DNA of 64,000 bases from an uncultured Pseudomonadota bacterium (GTDB lineage Bacteria; Pseudomonadota; Gammaproteobacteria; Steroidobacterales; Steroidobacteraceae): NCBI GenBank assembly GCA_963712795.1, contig CAVQJH010000015.1, positions 577,543-641,542 of the forward strand, read 5' to 3'. Both the position numbers and the translations under genes were made by a program. Below the pieces are notes generated by a model. That model was given only the letters and a program-made list of their open reading frames with translations. It ran no database searches and was not told the DNA's origin. Shown piece by piece: positions 62,807 to 64,000 of the stretch (position 1 is the stretch's first letter; the number at the start of each line of letters is the position of its first letter).

Positions 62807-63634
62807 TCATGCCGCGAGCCTGAAATCTGCACGGCCGTAGTAAACATCGTCCGGGGTCTGGTAGTCCAGCGCCTGGTGGGTGCGCATGCCGTTGTAAAAG
62901 TCAAAATACTCCGTCAGTCCTCGTCGCAGCTGCGTTCCGGTCTCGTAGGCATGCAGGTAAATATTTTCGTACTTTACGCTGCGCCACAGGCGTTCGATAA
63001 ACACGTTGTCGATCCATCGACCCTTACCGTCCATGCTGATCTGCACTCCGGCGGCCTTGAGCGTATCGATCCATTCCCCGCAGGTGAATTGCGATCCCTG
63101 GTCCGTGTTGAAGATCTCCGGCTTCCCGTATTTCTGCAGGGCCTCCTGCAGCGCCTCGACGCAGAAGTCCGGCGTCATGGTGTTCGACACCCGCCAGGAG
63201 AGCGTCTTGCGGCTCCCTACATCGATGATGGCCACCAGATACTGGAACCCATGTGCCATCGGCAGGTACGTCAGATCGGCCGCCCAGACGTGATTGGGCC
63301 GTTCGATCTTCAGTCCCGTGAGCAGGTAGGGGTAGACCGCAGATAACGGCGCCGGGATGCTCGTGCGCGGTTTGCGGTAGATCGTCTCCATGCCCATCCG
63401 CCGCATCAGCCTCGTCACATGCCGGCGACCGACCTCGTGCCCCTGGTTCCGCAGCTCCCGGGTCAGCTTGCGAGCCCCGTAGAACGGCCACTTCAGATGC
63501 AACTCATCCAGAAGCCGCATCAGCCTCAAATCCCGCTCCGGCAAGGTCCGTGGGACGTAATAAACGCTCGAACGGCTCAGATCCAGTAGCTGTGCCTGGC
63601 GCTTCACGGATATCTCGCCATCCCGCTCAATCAT
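62807..63634 (-). CDS. IS3-family transposase OrfB (DDE integrase catalytic domain)
   Basis: …[36 protein letters not shown]…[15 protein letters not shown]…[24 protein letters not shown]… (D, D, E catalytic residues and the K/R after E). Confidence 0.85.
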   Translation of the reverse strand: MIERDGEISVKRQAQLLDLSRSSVYYVPRTLPERDLRLMRLLDELHLKWPFYGARKLTRELRNQGHEVGRRHVTRLMRRMGMETIYRKPRTSIPAPLSAVYPYLLTGLKIERPNHVWAADLTYLPMAHGFQYLVAIIDVGSRKTLSWRVSNTMTPDFCVEALQEALQKYGKPEIFNTDQGSQFTCGEWIDTLKAAGVQISMDGKGRWIDNVFIERLWRSVKYENIYLHAYETGTQLRRGLTEYFDFYNGMRTHQALDYQTPDDVYYGRADFRLAA

Positions 63635-63978
63635 CGCTTTCCGCTCAGGCCGGGGAATTTCCCGAGCGCGCCTTCTAAAAAAGAGTTCTCCATCGTCAGC
63701 TCCCCGATCTTCGCCTGCAGCTCCCGGATGCGCTCCTTGCCGTCCGCAGCCAGCACATCCCCGCCAAAGATCGCCGCGGCGTTCTCCAGCAGCTCCGTCT
63801 TCCAGGCCGTCACTTGGGTCGCATGGACCTCGTGGTGCGCCGCTATTTCCGCCACCGTCTTCTCACCCCGGATTGCCTCCAGGGCCACTCGTGCCTTGAA
63901 CGACGCTGAGTGGTTTCGTCTTGGTCTTCTCATGGATCTGTGTCCTCCGGTTGCTATATTGCACCGGCAGATTTCCAC
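63631..63978 (-). CDS. IS3-family transposase OrfA (HTH, leucine-zipper)
   Basis: [58 protein letters not shown]…[20 protein letters not shown] is the typical IS3 OrfA. Confidence 0.8.
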   Translation of the reverse strand: MEICRCNIATGGHRSMRRPRRNHSASFKARVALEAIRGEKTVAEIAAHHEVHATQVTAWKTELLENAAAIFGGDVLAADGKERIRELQAKIGELTMENSFLEGALGKFPGLSGKR

Positions 63979-64000
63979 TTACACCCCTGCCCGAAAAACC

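Larger units (their letters stand above)
62800..63990 (-). mobile_element. IS3-family insertion sequence (orfA + orfB, -1 programmed frameshift), ~1.2 kb
   Basis: orfA (HTH) and orfB (DDE integrase core) overlap with a T_TTT_TTA slippery heptamer in orfA (…tcttttttagaagg…). Terminal inverted-repeat cores (gaaatctgc) found near 62821-62837 and 63966-63982. Exact ends are uncertain. Confidence 0.8.

Noticed and set aside
1-64000. CRISPR arrays, rRNA genes
   Set aside because: No short regularly spaced direct repeats with unique spacers and no rRNA-like conserved stretches were seen. The only tandem repeats are the in-frame coding modules of tpsA and the 4-repeat protein.

Overview
High-GC (~68-70%) proteobacterial chromosomal window with dense coding on both strands and two tRNA genes, each marking an accessory region.

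(1) 1-16.5 kb: two tandem FGE-sulfatase-domain proteins; a two-partner secretion pair (TpsB 2130-3926, giant internally repetitive TpsA 3942-11591); and an ECF sigma factor / Ser-Thr kinase pair convergent on it.

(2) tRNA-Cys(GCA) at 16620-16690, followed by a ~3.7 kb lower-GC island remnant (16688-20364) bounded by a 17-bp direct repeat of the tRNA 3' end. It carries a hipBA toxin-antitoxin module and the C-terminal relic of a MOB relaxase, with no integrase.

(3) 20.4-49.7 kb: mostly housekeeping or niche genes. These include NmrA/DoxX/LysR, O-methyltransferase, M13 peptidase, LemA-GIDE, 1-Cys peroxiredoxin, HiPIP, PQQ propeller + cytochrome c, MipA, AlkB, APC permease and an AruH/AruI-like aminotransferase/TPP-enzyme pair. 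Interspersed are decayed loci: histidine kinase + EAL fragments at 25.9-26.9 kb, and a polysaccharide-type cluster with a truncated AsnB-like gene and a truncated GT4 at 31.1-36.6 kb.

(4) tRNA-Thr(TGT) at ~49712-49786, followed by an SPFH protein. Next is a tightly packed three-gene minus-strand operon (56379->51440) with no recognisable family: a 4x~48-aa GWQG tandem-repeat protein, an 874-aa protein and a ~563-aa protein. The three are translationally coupled. This operon is my best candidate for an undescribed system.

(5) 57.6-64 kb: a mobile, lower-GC block. It holds an AlpA-like excisionase, MobC, a frameshifted MOB relaxase (paralog of the tRNA-Cys island relic), an unrecognised 603-aa protein divergent from a frameshifted DUF3800-like gene (possible defence locus), and an IS3-family insertion sequence (orfA/orfB with a T_TTT_TTA slippery site).

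No CRISPR arrays or rRNA were seen. Coordinates derived by hand may be off by 1-2 nt.
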